NCBI RefSeq assembly: GCF_006345805.1
Contig: NW_021832071.1
Span: 1-38,216, forward strand
DNA: 38,216 nt
Direction of reading: 5' to 3'
DNA from: Octopus sinensis
Taxonomy: Eukaryota
The translations under genes were made by a program, and so were the position numbers. This document shows positions 1 to 12,594 of the stretch, piece after piece. Position 1 is the stretch's first letter. Every line of letters starts with the position of its first letter. Below the pieces are notes generated by a model that saw nothing but the letters and a program-made list of their open reading frames with translations, had not been told where the DNA came from and searched no databases.

Positions 1-18
1 TGTTAAAAAAGTGCAAAG

Positions 19-140
19 CATGGCCGTGCGGTTGAGAAGCTCGTTTGGCAACCACGTGGTCTTCGGTTCAGTCCCACTGAGTGTCACCTTGGGCAAGTGT
101 CTTATCTACTAAAACCCCAGGCCATCCAAAGCCTTGCCAT

Positions 141-173
<33 letters not shown>

Positions 174-380
174 TGTGTGTGTGTGTGCGGGCGCGCGTGT
201 GTGTCCCCTACTGTTTGACCACTGGTGTTTGTTTGTTTACATCCCCAAAACTTAGCTGTTTGGCCAACGAGATTGATAAAGTACCAAACTTAAAGACAAA
301 AACAAAGAAGTATTGGGGTCGGATGTGTTTTTGCCAAAAAAATCCCTTTCAAGGCTCTGCCCCAGCATGGCCACACTCCA
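19..380 (+). mobile_element. tRNA-derived SINE, family A: head, internal (TG)n, tail
   Basis: Head has B-box-like GGTTCAGTCCCACTG and GGCAAGTGTCTT..CTA; (TG)n at about 142-200; tail ends GCCCCAGCATGGCC. The same modules recur many times in the window. Confidence 0.8.
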
Positions 381-536
381 TATAAAAATAAGCAACCCCA
401 TCATTAAAATCTCAAAGCTTCAAGATAACCTGATTCATTCAAAACCATTAAGAAGCTTTAGATTTGACAGAATAATCTGAATTCTAAGGGGTCAAGGAAA
501 GGGATCGCAACATAAAACTATGAAGAAAGGCATTAA

Positions 537-900
537 TCTCTCTCTATATAAAGCTGAAGTTGTCTGTGTATGGCCAGTTTGGTAGCCTTCAACTAACACT
601 ATCTCCTCCGAGACCCTGCAGCACAAAGGTTTGCTCTTCCTTCTGTAGAAGAAAATAATTCAAATTGGACTATGTTAACACCAAAAATTATTTACATCAA
701 AAAGGTGCTTTTTTACTATGAAAATCCCTATTTTTTTACGATTCTTTAACTGCTGTGTCGCCATTTTTCAGTGTATTTCAACCAGAAAAATGTTCACTTA
801 AAGAGAATAACAAGCTACATAATGCAAAATTTTTACTTTTCAAAAATTCCAATTCTAAAGGGTCGAAACAAACCCGAGCAACGCCGGGTGATACTGCTAG
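537..900 (+). mobile_element. Non-autonomous Helitron (364 bp)
   Basis: A536|TC 5' end; 3' hairpin ACCCG(872-876)-AGCAACGC-CGGGT(885-889); CTAG at 897-900 followed by T901; no TSD. Confidence 0.8.
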
Positions 901-1192
901 TTTAAATATATTTTAAAATGAAAGCAGAGATGTTCTAAGTAACTTTAGTATTAAAAGACTGTAAAATACTCCTCAGAAAATTTATCTTCAGCTCAGTTCC
1001 GATTTTGATAGAATATTCGGCAGAGCATTTTCTGATGTCTTTTGTTGTTGGCCTCTGAACCAGTTGACCAGTAATGGCTGTTTGTTGTCATTGGGTCAAG
1101 GATGACCCAGCAGACCTCCATGTCCAAACATATTCCAGTCACACCAATCAGATCTTTTTTCGTCTTTTTTCATTTTTCACAAATAAGATGCA

Positions 1193-1344
1193 AGCATGGT
1201 CGGGTGATTAAGAAGCTCACTTCCCAGTCCCATGGTCTCTGGTTCAGTCCCACTGCATGGCACCTTGGTCTTTTACTACAGCCCTGGCTGACCAAAGCTT
1301 TATGGAGTGGATTTGGTTGATGCCAACTGAAAATTAGCTGATTG

Positions 1345-1379
<35 letters not shown>

Positions 1380-1560
1380 CAGATTTTGTTCCCCACACCA
1401 CTTAACAACGGGTGTTGGTTTGTTTATGTCTATGTAACTTAGGATTTCAGCAAAAGAGTTTGAGACTTAAAAAAGTAGGTGGTGGTGGGTGCAATTTGCT
1501 TGAATATAACTGGTCAAGATGGTACCCCAACATGGCTGGAATCTAATGGCTAAAATAGTA
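1193..1560 (+). mobile_element. SINE family A copy with internal (TG)n
   Basis: GGTTCAGTCCCACTGCATGGCACCTTGG head, GACCAAAGC..GAGTGGATTTGG, TG repeat, tail GGTGTTGGTTTGTTTATGTC. Confidence 0.75.
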
Positions 1561-1744
1561 GAAGTAAACAGTAAAGTAAACAATGGAAGAGAATGTATTT
1601 AGGTGTCCATTAAGTTTGATCCGAGGGAGATTTGGCTGTTATTTCCAGCAGGTCAAGTGACCACGTAGATGGTTCACTTTAGATATCCACTCAGAGTAAT
1701 TGATGGTCCATCAAATTGTTGGTGAAAAATAGTTTTGTTGGTTT

Positions 1745-1935
1745 TTCCTCTTTTTATGACAACATTTCCAATAAAATACACTATCCATGGATTTCAATTA
1801 ATTTTGAAAATAATGAAAGAATTTTGGTGAAGGAACTCTCGTTAAGTTAGTGTTTGGAACGTAACTTAACAAAGAGGTTCTCACATAAAATTATAATGGA
1901 AGGTTTTAATTAAAAAGTGAAAGCTTTCAAACAGT
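1745..1935 (+). repeat. Internal fragment of a piggyBac-like (TTAA-CCCTTT) MITE family
   Basis: GTGTTTGGAAC..TTAAC segment matches the reverse complement of 25500-25545, which lies in a copy starting TTAACCCTTTTGATACC. Confidence 0.4.
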
Positions 1936-2029
1936 TTTGTAGAAGAGGAATGGTCTCAGGTTGGTTGGCGGCAAAACTCAGTAAAGTATTCTGCAAACAA
2001 TAACCACACAGCTTTGTCTTCGTTTTATC

Positions 2030-2350
2030 CAGGTAATGCATCCCAACCAGGTGGTCTTGGGTTCAGTCTCACTGTGTGGCACCATGGGTAAAAGAGTTCT
2101 ACTGTAGACCAAAGACTTGGGAATGAACTTGGTAGAAGAAAACTGAAAGATGCATGTGTGTGTGTGTAAAATCCTTGTTTTGACAAAATGTGAAGATTGT
2201 AAACAAGCATCACTGTCATACAAGCAGTGTTGTTTGCTTCCAGTCCTCCACAAAAAAACATGTCTAGCAAAAGGGAAATATTACTTTGCTGAAAACAGGT
2301 GAGGGTTGGCAACAGGAAAAGCATCCAGCTGTACAAAATTTGCCTCAATA
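2030..2350 (+). mobile_element. SINE family A head with an alternative tail (CAGGTGAGGGTTGGCAACAGGAAAAGCATCC)
   Basis: Head motif GGGTTCAGTCTCACTGTGTGGCACC; the same tail occurs reverse-complemented at about 5215-5345 and 8090-8190. Confidence 0.65.
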
Positions 2351-2725
2351 AACTTCACGTACATACATACATCATAAAATGTCAGGAGGTATGAGAGAGG
2401 TGAATATATTTATTTAAAACACTTGACAAGAGATTAAATACTTCCTCACTCTTTGTGGATTATATATTCCTCATCAATCAGATCTCCTGGATTTCAGTTA
2501 TATAGAACTCTGCATTATACTCCTCCGTTTTTAGCTTACTATGTGGTCTGCTAGCCAGATCCAGTAGAGGAGCTTGCTGTGATAGCCACATGATTCATAT
2601 ATTATACTACAAATGTGTGTGTGTGTGTGCATGGGAGTATCATAAAGGAAAAAAACCTATTACAAAAATGTCCCCTATTGTGTGACTTATCTGTCCCTTC
2701 TCCTGTATTTTATTGGTGGACAAAG

Positions 2726-2880
2726 GCATGGATGAGCAGCTAAAAAATTCCACTTTACAACCAAGAGGACTCAGGCTCAATCCCACTGCATGACATCTTG
2801 AGCAAGTACATTTGCCACAGCATTGTGACAGCCCAAACACTGTGAGTGAATTTGAGTAAATGGAAACTGTACTGAACCCT
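2726..2880 (+). mobile_element. Diverged SINE family A head
   Basis: GGCTCAATCCCACTGCATGACATCTTGAGCAAGT..GTGAGTGAATTTG..GGAAACTG. Confidence 0.6.
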
Positions 2881-3304
2881 CTATGAATGACTGTACTTGT
2901 AAATCAAAGCTCCAGCCTTGCCACACACTGTGTCATGCTGATTCTACTTGTGAATTACATTATGAGTATATGGGTCTATGGAATACTCAGCCATTTCACA
3001 TGGTACTTGATGACTGGACGATTGAACAACTGGACACCCATAGATCAAAATTAATATGGAAGTCCAACATTATTCTTTTGGCTCTCTATATTAAGATTAG
3101 CACTAACTTAACTGCTAGTTCTTAAAGCAGAAGGAGTCCCAGGGTAAAATTCCTTTGACTCGTTCTCTTAGAGATATAGTTTGTGTTTAAAGAGGTTTAA
3201 AGTAAATATGGAGTTTAGGAAAAACTATGCTACTGACTTCTCTCAAACATGCAAATACTACTCTCCTTAGTTTTAAAGACTCATACGGCCGAGTTATGCA
3301 AAGC

Positions 3305-3460
3305 CACATGGCCTAGTGGTTAGTGTGTTGCACTCCATAACCTCAAGATAATAAGTTCAGTTCCCAGGCCAGGTGATGTGATGTGTTTATGAGCAAAATG
3401 CTTCATTTCACATTGGCCCAGGCCAATCAGCTGCACATGAGGAACCCTGCAACCGACTGG
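3305..3460 (+). mobile_element. tRNA-derived SINE, family B (diverged)
   Basis: A-box-like TGGCCTAGTGGTTAG, then GAGCAAAA..CTTCATTTCAC shared with 21486, 32717, 29300(-) and 20290(-). Confidence 0.65.
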
Positions 3461-3544
3461 CATTCTTGGTCAGAGGAAGTGTTGTGATCTCAGCCATTTC
3501 TTTGTCATGGGAACTGGGTAACCAGCCCCTGTATCATTCCCCTC

Positions 3545-3700
3545 ATTCTCCTTCAAGACACATGTTCCAAGCTGGCATGGGTTGGATGGTTTTGACAGGG
3601 TCCAACGGGTCTAAGGGCTGCCTCGTGCTCCAGTGTCTGCTTTGGCAGGGTTTCTGCAGCTGGATGCCCTTCCTAATGCCAACCCCTTTACAGCAAGAAC
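3545..3700 (-). mobile_element. Retroposon 3'-end fragment (family C, RTE-like tail)
   Basis: Reverse complement of GGTTGGCATTAGGAAGGGCATCCAGCTG seen at 8270-8300. Confidence 0.65.
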
Positions 3701-3876
3701 TGGGTCCTCTTTTGTACCGACCGGCACTAGTGAGGCTGCCCTGCAGTGGCTACCAAGACTACAAACCCTGATGGGGCAACTTTATGCAGTGAGATGAGGG
3801 GTTAAGTATGAGGGAAAAGGGCCAAAGAAGAACAGGCCCCTTACTGTTGAAGAGCTGAATGACTACTCACATTTTA

Positions 3877-3877
3877 G

Positions 3878-3942
<65 letters not shown>

Positions 3943-3945
3943 AAA
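3877..3945. repeat. (GA)n microsatellite
   Basis: Direct reading. Confidence 0.95.
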
Positions 3946-4258
3946 GCAGAGCTGGAAAGTGATAAAAATGATGCGTGTATATGTGTGTGTGTGCATGAAT
4001 GTGTATGAGTTTGTGAGTGTGTGTGTGTGCACAAATGTGTGTGTGTGTGTATGTGTGTGTTTGTGTTAGAGTAATATTAGAATGCGGGGGTGGTGCAGTC
4101 TTGTCAGGCAGCTGTTATTTGAGCAATTCATTAAAGCGTAAGGTTTATTGGCAGATGGAGCTGAGGTGACATGTAATAATAGATTGTCATCACAGTTGTC
4201 ATCATCACAAATGATTTTCCCTTAATTTATTTAACAGTTTAAATCAATAACGAGGCAT

Positions 4259-4368
<110 letters not shown>

Positions 4369-4510
4369 AACTGCAATTTCTAAAGAATCACAAGTAATTT
4401 GAGAGTTTCTTTGGTTGTTAAGAGTACAACCTGTAGAAGAAGAAGAAGAATTTTGAGTTCAGTTCTGCTGGTTTGTTATGGATACTTTGTGTAAAATGAT
4501 AAAGGATAGG

Positions 4511-4945
4511 TGCGGGGGCTGTGTGGTTAAAAGGCAACTATGTGGTGTCAGGTTCAATTCCTCTGTGTGCCACCGTGGGCAAGTGTCTTACTTTAGCCCT
4601 GGGCTGAATAACGCCCTGATTCCTTCTGAGTAGATTTGGTAGATGGAAACTGAAAGAAGCCTGTCATGCAAGCATGCATGTATGTATGTATATGTATCAG
4701 TGTATACATGTATATACACACACACACACACACATACACACGTGTATGTGTATATATGCATGTATATGTGTGTGTGTTCAGCCCCCCCCCCCCTTCATCA
4801 TCACTTGATAAACAGAATTGGTTTGTTTATTTTCCTATTATTTCACAGTTTAGCAAAAAAGACAAACAAAACAAAAAAAAAGCACAAAAAAACCCTCCAA
4901 GGGGCAGAGCTCCAGCATGGCCACAGTCCAGTGAGTGAAGCAAGA
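4511..4945 (+). mobile_element. SINE family A copy with internal microsatellite
   Basis: Head ends GGAAACTGAAAGAAGCC; TA/CA repeats follow; tail has CTCCAGCATGGCCACAGTCCAGTG. Confidence 0.75.
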
Positions 4946-5446
4946 GACAAAACATTATGTTATATCCCAGCAGACAAGAAATAGATTTTGGGAGCCAAGA
5001 GAGAGGAGGAGGAGGACCCTGTCTTGAGGTGCAGGGGGGGACCTTCCGTCCACATGTGAAATTTTGTCCACATTCACACATGGAACTGTCAGCAGAGAAA
5101 GTCTCTAAAAGCCTTTCATGTTTACTGCATGGATCCAATGCATGATGGAGCCATGGAACTGAATCCTCCTCCTCCTCCTCATCATCATCATTGTCCTTTT
5201 GCTGAACACCTTTCCATGCTGGCATGGGTTGGACAGAATTTGCTGAGGTGGATTTTTCTATGGCAGAACGCTTTTACTGCCACAAACCCTCATCTATTTC
5301 CAAGTAAGGTAATATTTCCCCATGGCCAGACATGTTTCCATGGCAACAAAGGGCACCACTTACAGGATGGGGACATTTATTTACAACCATCCCAGGAAAT
5401 CCAGACAAGGAGGTAGCCATACACACATACCTGTCTATGTATATAA

Positions 5447-5477
<31 letters not shown>

Positions 5478-5531
5478 ATGCACACAAACAGATATGTATA
5501 GATAAGAGGGAGATTTCACTGCTTTTTCTAG

Positions 5532-5547
5532 CAGTTCCAACAAATAC
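5532..5547 (+). CDS. Candidate 16-nt microexon (QFQQI + 1 nt); product unknown
   Basis: Acceptor TTCACTGCTTTTTCTAG| and donor |GTAAGG; phase-compatible with the exon at 6075. No homology support. Confidence 0.3.
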
Positions 5548-5580
5548 GTAAGGGATCCCTCACTGAGTTGCCATCTTGTT

Positions 5581-5870
5581 TACCTCTGCCTTAGTGAAGG
5601 CAGGGGTATTGCTTTTGGTCGTGTTTGTTTGTTTGTGGACAAGATATTTCAAGAACCATGCGATGGATTCGGATGAAACTTTCAGGGACGTTTGGCCTCG
5701 TGACTGGCACAAACTCATTAGATTTTGGGATCGATCTGGGACTGGACAAGGATCCTGGATTATTTTTCCTGTTTTTTTATTTACTTTTTGAGAGTGGTTG
5801 GGTTCGTTTTTAGTATCTCGTTTGTGAGAGCAGTCGAGTATATTTCAGATATTCTCATTTAAAAAATCAT
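5581..5870 (+). mobile_element. Helentron/DINE-like non-autonomous element (3' boundary uncertain)
   Basis: Terminal hairpin TACCTCTGCCTT-AGTG-AAGGCAGGGGTA (5581-5608), (GTTT)n tract, then GATGGATTCGGATGAAACTTTCAGGG..GATTTTGGGATCGATC..GGATCCTGG, resembling the layout of DINE-like elements. Confidence 0.55.
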
Positions 5871-6074
5871 CTCCAGCCAATCATTGAGAGGCTGTTGCCT
5901 TGTTGTTGTTGTTACTGTTGTTTATGCGGATCCCCTTTGGCCTTGGTTAGTCTTGATCTGGTAAATCTATGACGAAAAACATTCTAACAGTCACCGTGTA
6001 CTCCTCATTTCCAGACTTGCTCAAGCCTTTGGCTCCATACTACACTATTCTATGTGTTTTCCTTCTGTTTTTAG

Positions 6075-6181
6075 GAAAAACAGCAGGGTGTGTGATATAT
6101 GGTGTGGGTTTGCCTGCTATGTCTAGCGTGTCGGATGACCTCATATATGATGCATGTGCACAGTTGATGCAAAACAGCTGA
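6075..6181 (+). CDS. Candidate terminal coding exon (xKTAGCVIYGVGLPAMSSVSDDLIYDACAQLMQNS*); product unidentified
   Basis: Strong acceptor TTTTCCTTCTGTTTTTAG|; non-repetitive, protein-like open frame to TGA at 6179-6181. Confidence 0.4.
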
Positions 6182-6459
6182 CATGGAAGGAAGCAAATAT
6201 TATATAAAGGAATGGAAATGTAATGGAACCCCCGAGGAGACATTTAATACTAGCTGGCTCAACCCACTCGTCTATAAATAGAGACAATGGATATGTTGTA
6301 GAGACAACTGATTTAAGTGAAATACAAATAGTTATTAAATACACAAACTCTATAATGAATTGACCCCCCCCCTTGGGATACACAGATCTGAGAACTTATT
6401 AACAGACCAAAGGGGTCACATACAAACCCTGCATATGGCTTGTCTTATATTTTGAAGTT

Positions 6460-6826
6460 GCTTCAGTCATTGGACTGCGACCAAGCTGGGGCACTACCTT
6501 GAAGGGTTTATTTGAATAAAATGACCCCAAGACATGTTTTTTTTTTTTTAAGGCATGGTACTGTTTCTATTAGTCTCTTTTGCTGAACTGTGAAGTTATG
6601 AGAACATATCTGAACCAACCAACACTAGCTGTCGGGTGGGGGTGGGGTGGGGGACAAGCACAAAGACAAACAGTCAAACCATTATATGTATGTGTGTGTG
6701 TGATCACATGACTGACCAAGCTATCACATGTTGTTATACACAACTGGTCACAATGCGCTTTTTGCATTGTTTTAATCTTTAAATGATGCCACCCTGCTGG
6801 CTAGGTGAACAGGCCTATATTTATAC

Positions 6827-6871
<45 letters not shown>

Positions 6872-7030
6872 CATATATATATATATCTCCCTCTCTCTTG
6901 GAGAGGCACAAGCACCTACATACATGGCAGTAACTTCCGCCTACTGAATTCAATCACAAAGCTTCGGTCGGCCCGGGGCTAAAGCAGAAGACACTTGCCC
7001 TAAGTGCCATGCGGTGGGACTGAACCTGGA
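6460..7030 (-). mobile_element. SINE family A composite copy (tail about 6460-6640, microsatellites, head about 6905-7030)
   Basis: Reverse complement of head (AGAAGACACTTGCCC..GTGGGACTGAACC) and of tail (GACTGCGACCAAGCTGGGGCAC). Confidence 0.7.
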
Positions 7031-7049
7031 ACCATGTAGCTATCTATGT

Positions 7050-7285
7050 ATATTTATTTCTTTATTTCCCACAGCGGGGTAAACACAGAGGGGACAAACA
7101 AGGACAGACAAAGGGATTAAGTTGATAACATTGACCCCAGTGCGTAACTGGTACTTATTTAATCAATCCCAAAAGGATGAAAGGCAAAGTTGACCTTGGT
7201 GGAATTTGAACTCAGAATGTAACGGCAGACGAAACGTTACTAAGCATTTTGCCTGACATGCTAACAATTCTGCCAACTCACTGCC
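7050..7285 (-). mobile_element. tRNA-derived SINE, family E
   Basis: GACCCCAGTGCGTAACTGGTAC..AGGATGAAAGGCAAAGTTGACC..GAATTTGAACTCAGAA is the reverse complement of the copy at 35464. Confidence 0.85.
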
Positions 7286-8221
7286 CACCTGACAATTGGT
7301 GTTGGTTTGTTTATGTCCCCATAAAGTAGTTTGGCAAAAGAGATCAATAAAATAAGTACGAGGTTTAAAGTTACAAAAGTAATGAAGTCAGTTTGTTGAA
7401 CCAAAACCCTTCAAAGTGGTGCCCCAGTATGACCGCAGTCCAATGATTGAAACAAGTAAAAAGTAAAAGATACTATGAAATCTTGGTGGTAAGTTTAATT
7501 TAAAATAGGAGGTTTGTATCATAAAACCCAAGGATGGCCTCAAGCAGGTTCATAGCAGAAAGGCTGAGGTGGAAATTTTGCTGCTATTTCTAGCTGGTCT
7601 TGTGACCTCAAAAACACTGCTGTCCATTGACTGAAGAAAATTCTTGCTTCACAATATTTCAGAAGTGACAGTCTCAAACAAGTTTTTAAATTAGGTAAAA
7701 TTTATAAAGATGTGTGTGTGTGTGTGTATTTTTAATGTCCTCATTAAGCAAAGTATTTCAGTGCTTTTGTTAGAAAACTGAGAACAACTGCTTTTCTAAG
7801 AATAAAAACAATTTTGGTTCCAGTACAAACTGTAGAGCTTAAGGAGAATAATTTGAAACTGCTCTTAAAGAAAGGATGTGTGTCCTCTTAGAAAAATAGC
7901 CGACACTTTCAGCCTTTTTCTAGAGATATAAATACACGCACACATATATTTATACACCTCCCATACATATATACATATATAAATCTGTTTTTATATATAT
8001 ATCTAAATCTGTTTATATATATATATATATATATAATCAGCATTGTTTTAACATTCCATTTCACATGCATGCACAGGTAAGACAAAGTTCATTGGAGCAG
8101 CTTTTCTATGGCAGAATGCCTTTCCTGTTGCCAAACCTCACCTGTTTCCATTTCCTAATTTCCAGACATAGTTTTTACGTGTCCCAGGCATGGGTATCTT
8201 AATGGAAATTGTAGTTAAGAT

Positions 8222-8407
8222 ACCCGTGCCAGTGACACGTAAAAAGCATCCACTACACTCTCAGAGTGGTTGGCATTAGGAAGGGCATCCAGCTGTAGAA
8301 ACACTGCCAGATCAGACTGGAGCCTGGTGCAGCCTCCTGGCTTCCCAGACCCCGGTCGAACTGTCCAACCCATGCTAGCATGGAGAACGGATGTTAAATG
8401 ATGATGA
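8222..8407 (+). mobile_element. Retroposon 3' end (family C, RTE-like) ending in (ATG)n
   Basis: GGTTGGCATTAGGAAGGGCATCCAGCTGTAGAAAC..CAACCCATGCTAGCATGGAGAACGGATGTTAAATGATGATGA. Confidence 0.75.
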
Positions 8408-8479
8408 GTTTCCCTTCAACTGATGACAGGACAAAGGTATGCACAAGCACACGCACACAGGTTTGTATAGGAGGAAGAA

Positions 8480-8930
8480 GAGTGCTTAGCAAGTACATGA
8501 GCTGGGGTTCAGTCCCACCGGAAGACACTGTGGGCAAGTGTCTTCAACTGTAGCCCCTGGCTAACTAAAGTGTTGAGTGGATGTCAAGGATGGAAACTGA
8601 AAGAAATCTTGTTGTATAAATGTAAATGTGTGTGTGAGCCTGTCACTGACTGATTGCCCTTCACGTAATATTGTAAAGGTGAACAAATGTCCCCGTCAAG
8701 CAAACATGGGAAACTGGAAGCAAACGTGAATTGATGACGACGATGACATCTACAAAACTAAAAGCACACACACACAGTTGTGTATGTGATGAGCTTCTTT
8801 CAGTTTCCATATACCTAACCCACTCACAAAGCACTTGTTAGCCCAAACCTATAACAGGGGCCACTTAACCGGTGTCACGCAGTGATAGTGAACCTGAGAC
8901 CCCATGGTTACAAAACAAGCTTCTTAACAA
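8480..8930. mobile_element. Two SINE family A copies in opposite orientation (+ about 8480-8620; - about 8790-8930)
   Basis: GGGTTCAGTCCCACC..GGGCAAGTGTCTTC..GGAAACTGAAAGAA and the reverse complement CTTCTTTCAGTTTCC..CACTCACAAAGC. Confidence 0.7.
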
Positions 8931-9014
8931 AAACAACCCCCCCCACTGCCCCTCACACCTAAAAACACCAGTCCCTGCCAGTCCCTTCTCATAATGCCTC
9001 CCTTCTTCATATCA

Positions 9015-9290
9015 CTCTTTTACTTGTTTCAGTCATTTGACTGTGGCCATGCTGGAGCACCACATTTAGTTGAATGAATCAACCCCAGGACATATTCTTT
9101 GTAATCCTAGTACTTAGTACCTGGCGGTATCAGGACACACAAATGACAGGCTTCCACACAGTTTCTGTCTATCAAATTCACTCACAAGGCATTGGTGGGC
9201 CTGGGATTACAGTAGAAGACCTTTACCCAACGTGCCACACAGTGAGACCGAACCCCAAACCACATGACTGGGAAGCAAACTTCTTATCAT
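9015..9290 (-). mobile_element. SINE family A copy
   Basis: Reverse-complement tail GACTGTGGCCATGCTGGAGCAC and head CTCACAAGGC..GGGAAGCAAACTTCTT. Confidence 0.75.
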
Positions 9291-10416
9291 ACAACCATAT
9301 CTATGTTCGAGAAAAAAAAAAGGCCATGGTCACGGCTGGAATGCTTTTTAACGCAGGGGTGCTTGTTCGATTAGAGCTTCCCTGGGGTTAAACAATAACA
9401 AAAATAGATTCAAGTCGAAGAGGCAGCCTCAACATGAATACTCGAAATAGCAACCAAATCCCTCACTACACACTCTATATTCTGAAAACAAAGGAAGGAC
9501 ATTAGAAAAAGTAGGACGGTCATGGTTGGACAGCGTTTCATTAATAGGCCGACCCAGCACTGGATTAACCATTAAGTAGAATAAGCATGTGCTTAAGACT
9601 TCACGGGAAAGTGGGGCACTACAGAAATGGTAAATGGTCCACAGTACAAAAGAAATCAGTTTAAACTTGCTAAAATAATAATCGCGGTAGGGTATATGAA
9701 ATATAATTTCCAAGTGTTGATCGTGTCATGGCAAGGATCTGATCAAAAACTTTGCCATTTAAAAAAAGTGAAAAAAAACCTCTCATATAAATAAAGTCGA
9801 AGTCTACAAAAATAAACCTTATTTTCCATCTTATTGTCAGTTTCTTCTCATTAAAAAAAAAAAAATTATGGTTTATTATTGTTTATATTTTGAATTACAT
9901 ATATAGAGGGGTACCAAAAACCTTTTAAGTGTTTAGGGCCTTCATGGGTCTTCCTCCTGCCGTCTGTCCACTCATCCAGGACTGGTCGGTGTCCAAATAT
10001 CTCTGTAAGCAGGTAGTGGGCCGCAATTCAAAGTTTAAGGTGGAGTGTTTTCGTTGACCACTTCAAAAAAACAAGTTGTCTTTCCGTGGGAAAAGCAGAA
10101 TGAAGACGGAACTCTTTCTAAATGTTTGTCATTGTCATGTAGTAACTTGAATTAATTACCTACGTATCTACGTAGAGGATAATTAGAAATGAAACGATGT
10201 GTGTGTGTAGCTGCGTGCCCGTGTATTTCAACACACACACACACACATTCTTTCATTTCCACACCCGTTTGTAAACATCACCATCCTCCTATCTCCTTCT
10301 TACCCGCTTCCTCCATTCACACAAAGACTTGTTTACAAATTCAAATTTGCATCTGTTCATACACGTGGCCAACACGGGAAATATGTGTCCATGTCTAACC
10401 AAATGGTGGACGTTTT

Positions 10417-10457
<41 letters not shown>

Positions 10458-10504
10458 TTATAGAAGGAAGATACATATACGTTCTTAGATAGATAGATAG
10501 ATAG

Positions 10505-10795
10505 ATATGTTTCTTTATTAGCCACACAGGGCTGCACATAGACAGGACAAATTACAAGGTAGAGCTTTTCTTTTGGGGGTAAAAAAAAGGGGTTTGGTTT
10601 TCGATCAAAAGGGATCGTAAAAGGAAAGAAAGAGGACAAAAAGGGGGGGGGGAAGAAAGAAAAAAAATTGATCAATAGGGATCGTTATCACAGAAATGTC
10701 AATATGAAGTGTAAAGGGGAGGACAGGTGAGGTTTACCCGTGGAAAGAAAAGCCTACGGAAAAGACCACGGTAACCTCGGTCAATGAAGTCACAT
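10505..10795 (-). mobile_element. Probable LINE 3'-UTR fragment
   Basis: Minus strand ends TGTCC..TGTG..GCCC..AATAAAGAAA, a tail similar to those at 7050-7110 and 32959-33012; inserted in a GATA repeat. Confidence 0.45.
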
Positions 10796-11533
10796 GTTAG
10801 ATAAAATAGATAGATAGATAGATAGATATAGAATGATAGATAGATAGACAGATAGATAGATAGACTCATAGACAGACGGACGGACAGACAGATATGGATA
10901 GATAGATATAGAATGATGTTGCTATGGAGTTGTGAAAAGGGTTAAACGTCACAACCTCCACACACACACACACACACAAGCTGATCGTCTAAAGTAATAC
11001 ACTTTCAGCATATACATAAGTTTATACTTATATACATGTGTGTGTGTGTAGGAGAGAGAGAGGACAGGGAGGGAGAGAGGATATCAGCAGCTGTTTTGTT
11101 CAGTGAGCGCGTGTGTATATATATATATAGGTGTGTGTGTACATATGTATATCGTGTGTGTACATATATATATATATATATATTCGGTATGTGGTAAGGC
11201 AATTCGTTGCTAAACCCTTTATTGCTTAGTATATATATATATATATACATACGTATATACAATATGAATGTATATACACACACACACAAATGGACATGGT
11301 AGCTGTCCAGTCATGTTACAAAAAATCTCAACGTAAGACTTCTACACACACACACACACGTAAGTGTATGTGTAGGCACACTTAGACATGTGTGTTTGCG
11401 CCGGGTGCAGCAACAAAGTGAATCATCTCCTACCTGTTTCTTAAATAAATACCAACTTCTAAGGCGTCGGCGGGGAGTTCTTTCTTGCAAAGGCCTCCCA
11501 CACCAAACCAACGTATATGTGTGTATGTATATG

Positions 11534-11582
<49 letters not shown>

Positions 11583-11699
11583 TATGTGTATGTGTGTGTT
11601 TTAAATAAAATGAGACAACAAAGCAAGGCTGGTGTGGAATTTTCAGCACATTTATAAAGAGTAAATATTTATAAAGGGAAGTTAGTGTGTGTGAGTGTG

Positions 11700-11748
<49 letters not shown>

Positions 11749-12594
11749 TACATATATATACATATATATACATATATATATATATATACATGTATATACA
11801 CACTGTGTGGTGTTTGTGCAGTTTGTAAGTACGTATCTACACATACACAGAAGCGTGGCTGAGTTTTTAAAAGTTTAGTTCGAGAAGATTCCTGAAGACA
11901 ATGCCGGACACTGAGACATAAATCCATTCGCAGACTTTCTTCCCCTCCCAACACACACACACACACTCACGCACACACACATACACACATACACACACAC
12001 ACGTACGCACACATACGTACGCACACACACACGTACGCACACACACACACACACACATGCGCGCGTGCGAATGTGTGTATCTATTTCTTTTCTTTAGAAC
12101 AGTAAATTCAAATTATGAAGTTAACAATTATACACTCACAGACACACATTGTATGTCTGAGTGTATAGAAATAGATATGTATGTATGTAATTATGCATGT
12201 ATGTATAAAAGATGCTAATGTATACATCAACGCACAAAATATTTAAACAAGTGGAGACGGAGAATGGAATTATAATAGCAGAATATATTTATATACACAA
12301 GAAAGTAGGTTATATAATTAAAATGCCGAGCCGAAGGTAGCAATAAAAACTTCTACCAAGCAGTGGGAGACTTTTTTTTCTTCTTTTTTGATAATTAAAT
12401 TCAACTTGCTGTCTACGTTCCTATCAGAATGTTAATACTGACATTTTAGAAGAGGAACCAAGTATTAAACTCTATCGAAGTTGACCATTCACTCCAAAAG
12501 CTACGAAGAGTTTCTGGCTTTGTTGTATCCAACATGGAACAAACGGGAAATAAAAGGAAAATATTTGGTCCTGGCCAACAAATGGTTGAGGAAG

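Noticed and set aside
4827-5225. 132-aa minus-strand ORF with a Cys-rich middle (CECGQNFTCG)
   Set aside because: Both ends are SINE or microsatellite derived; there is a plausible acceptor but no good donor and no recognisable domain.
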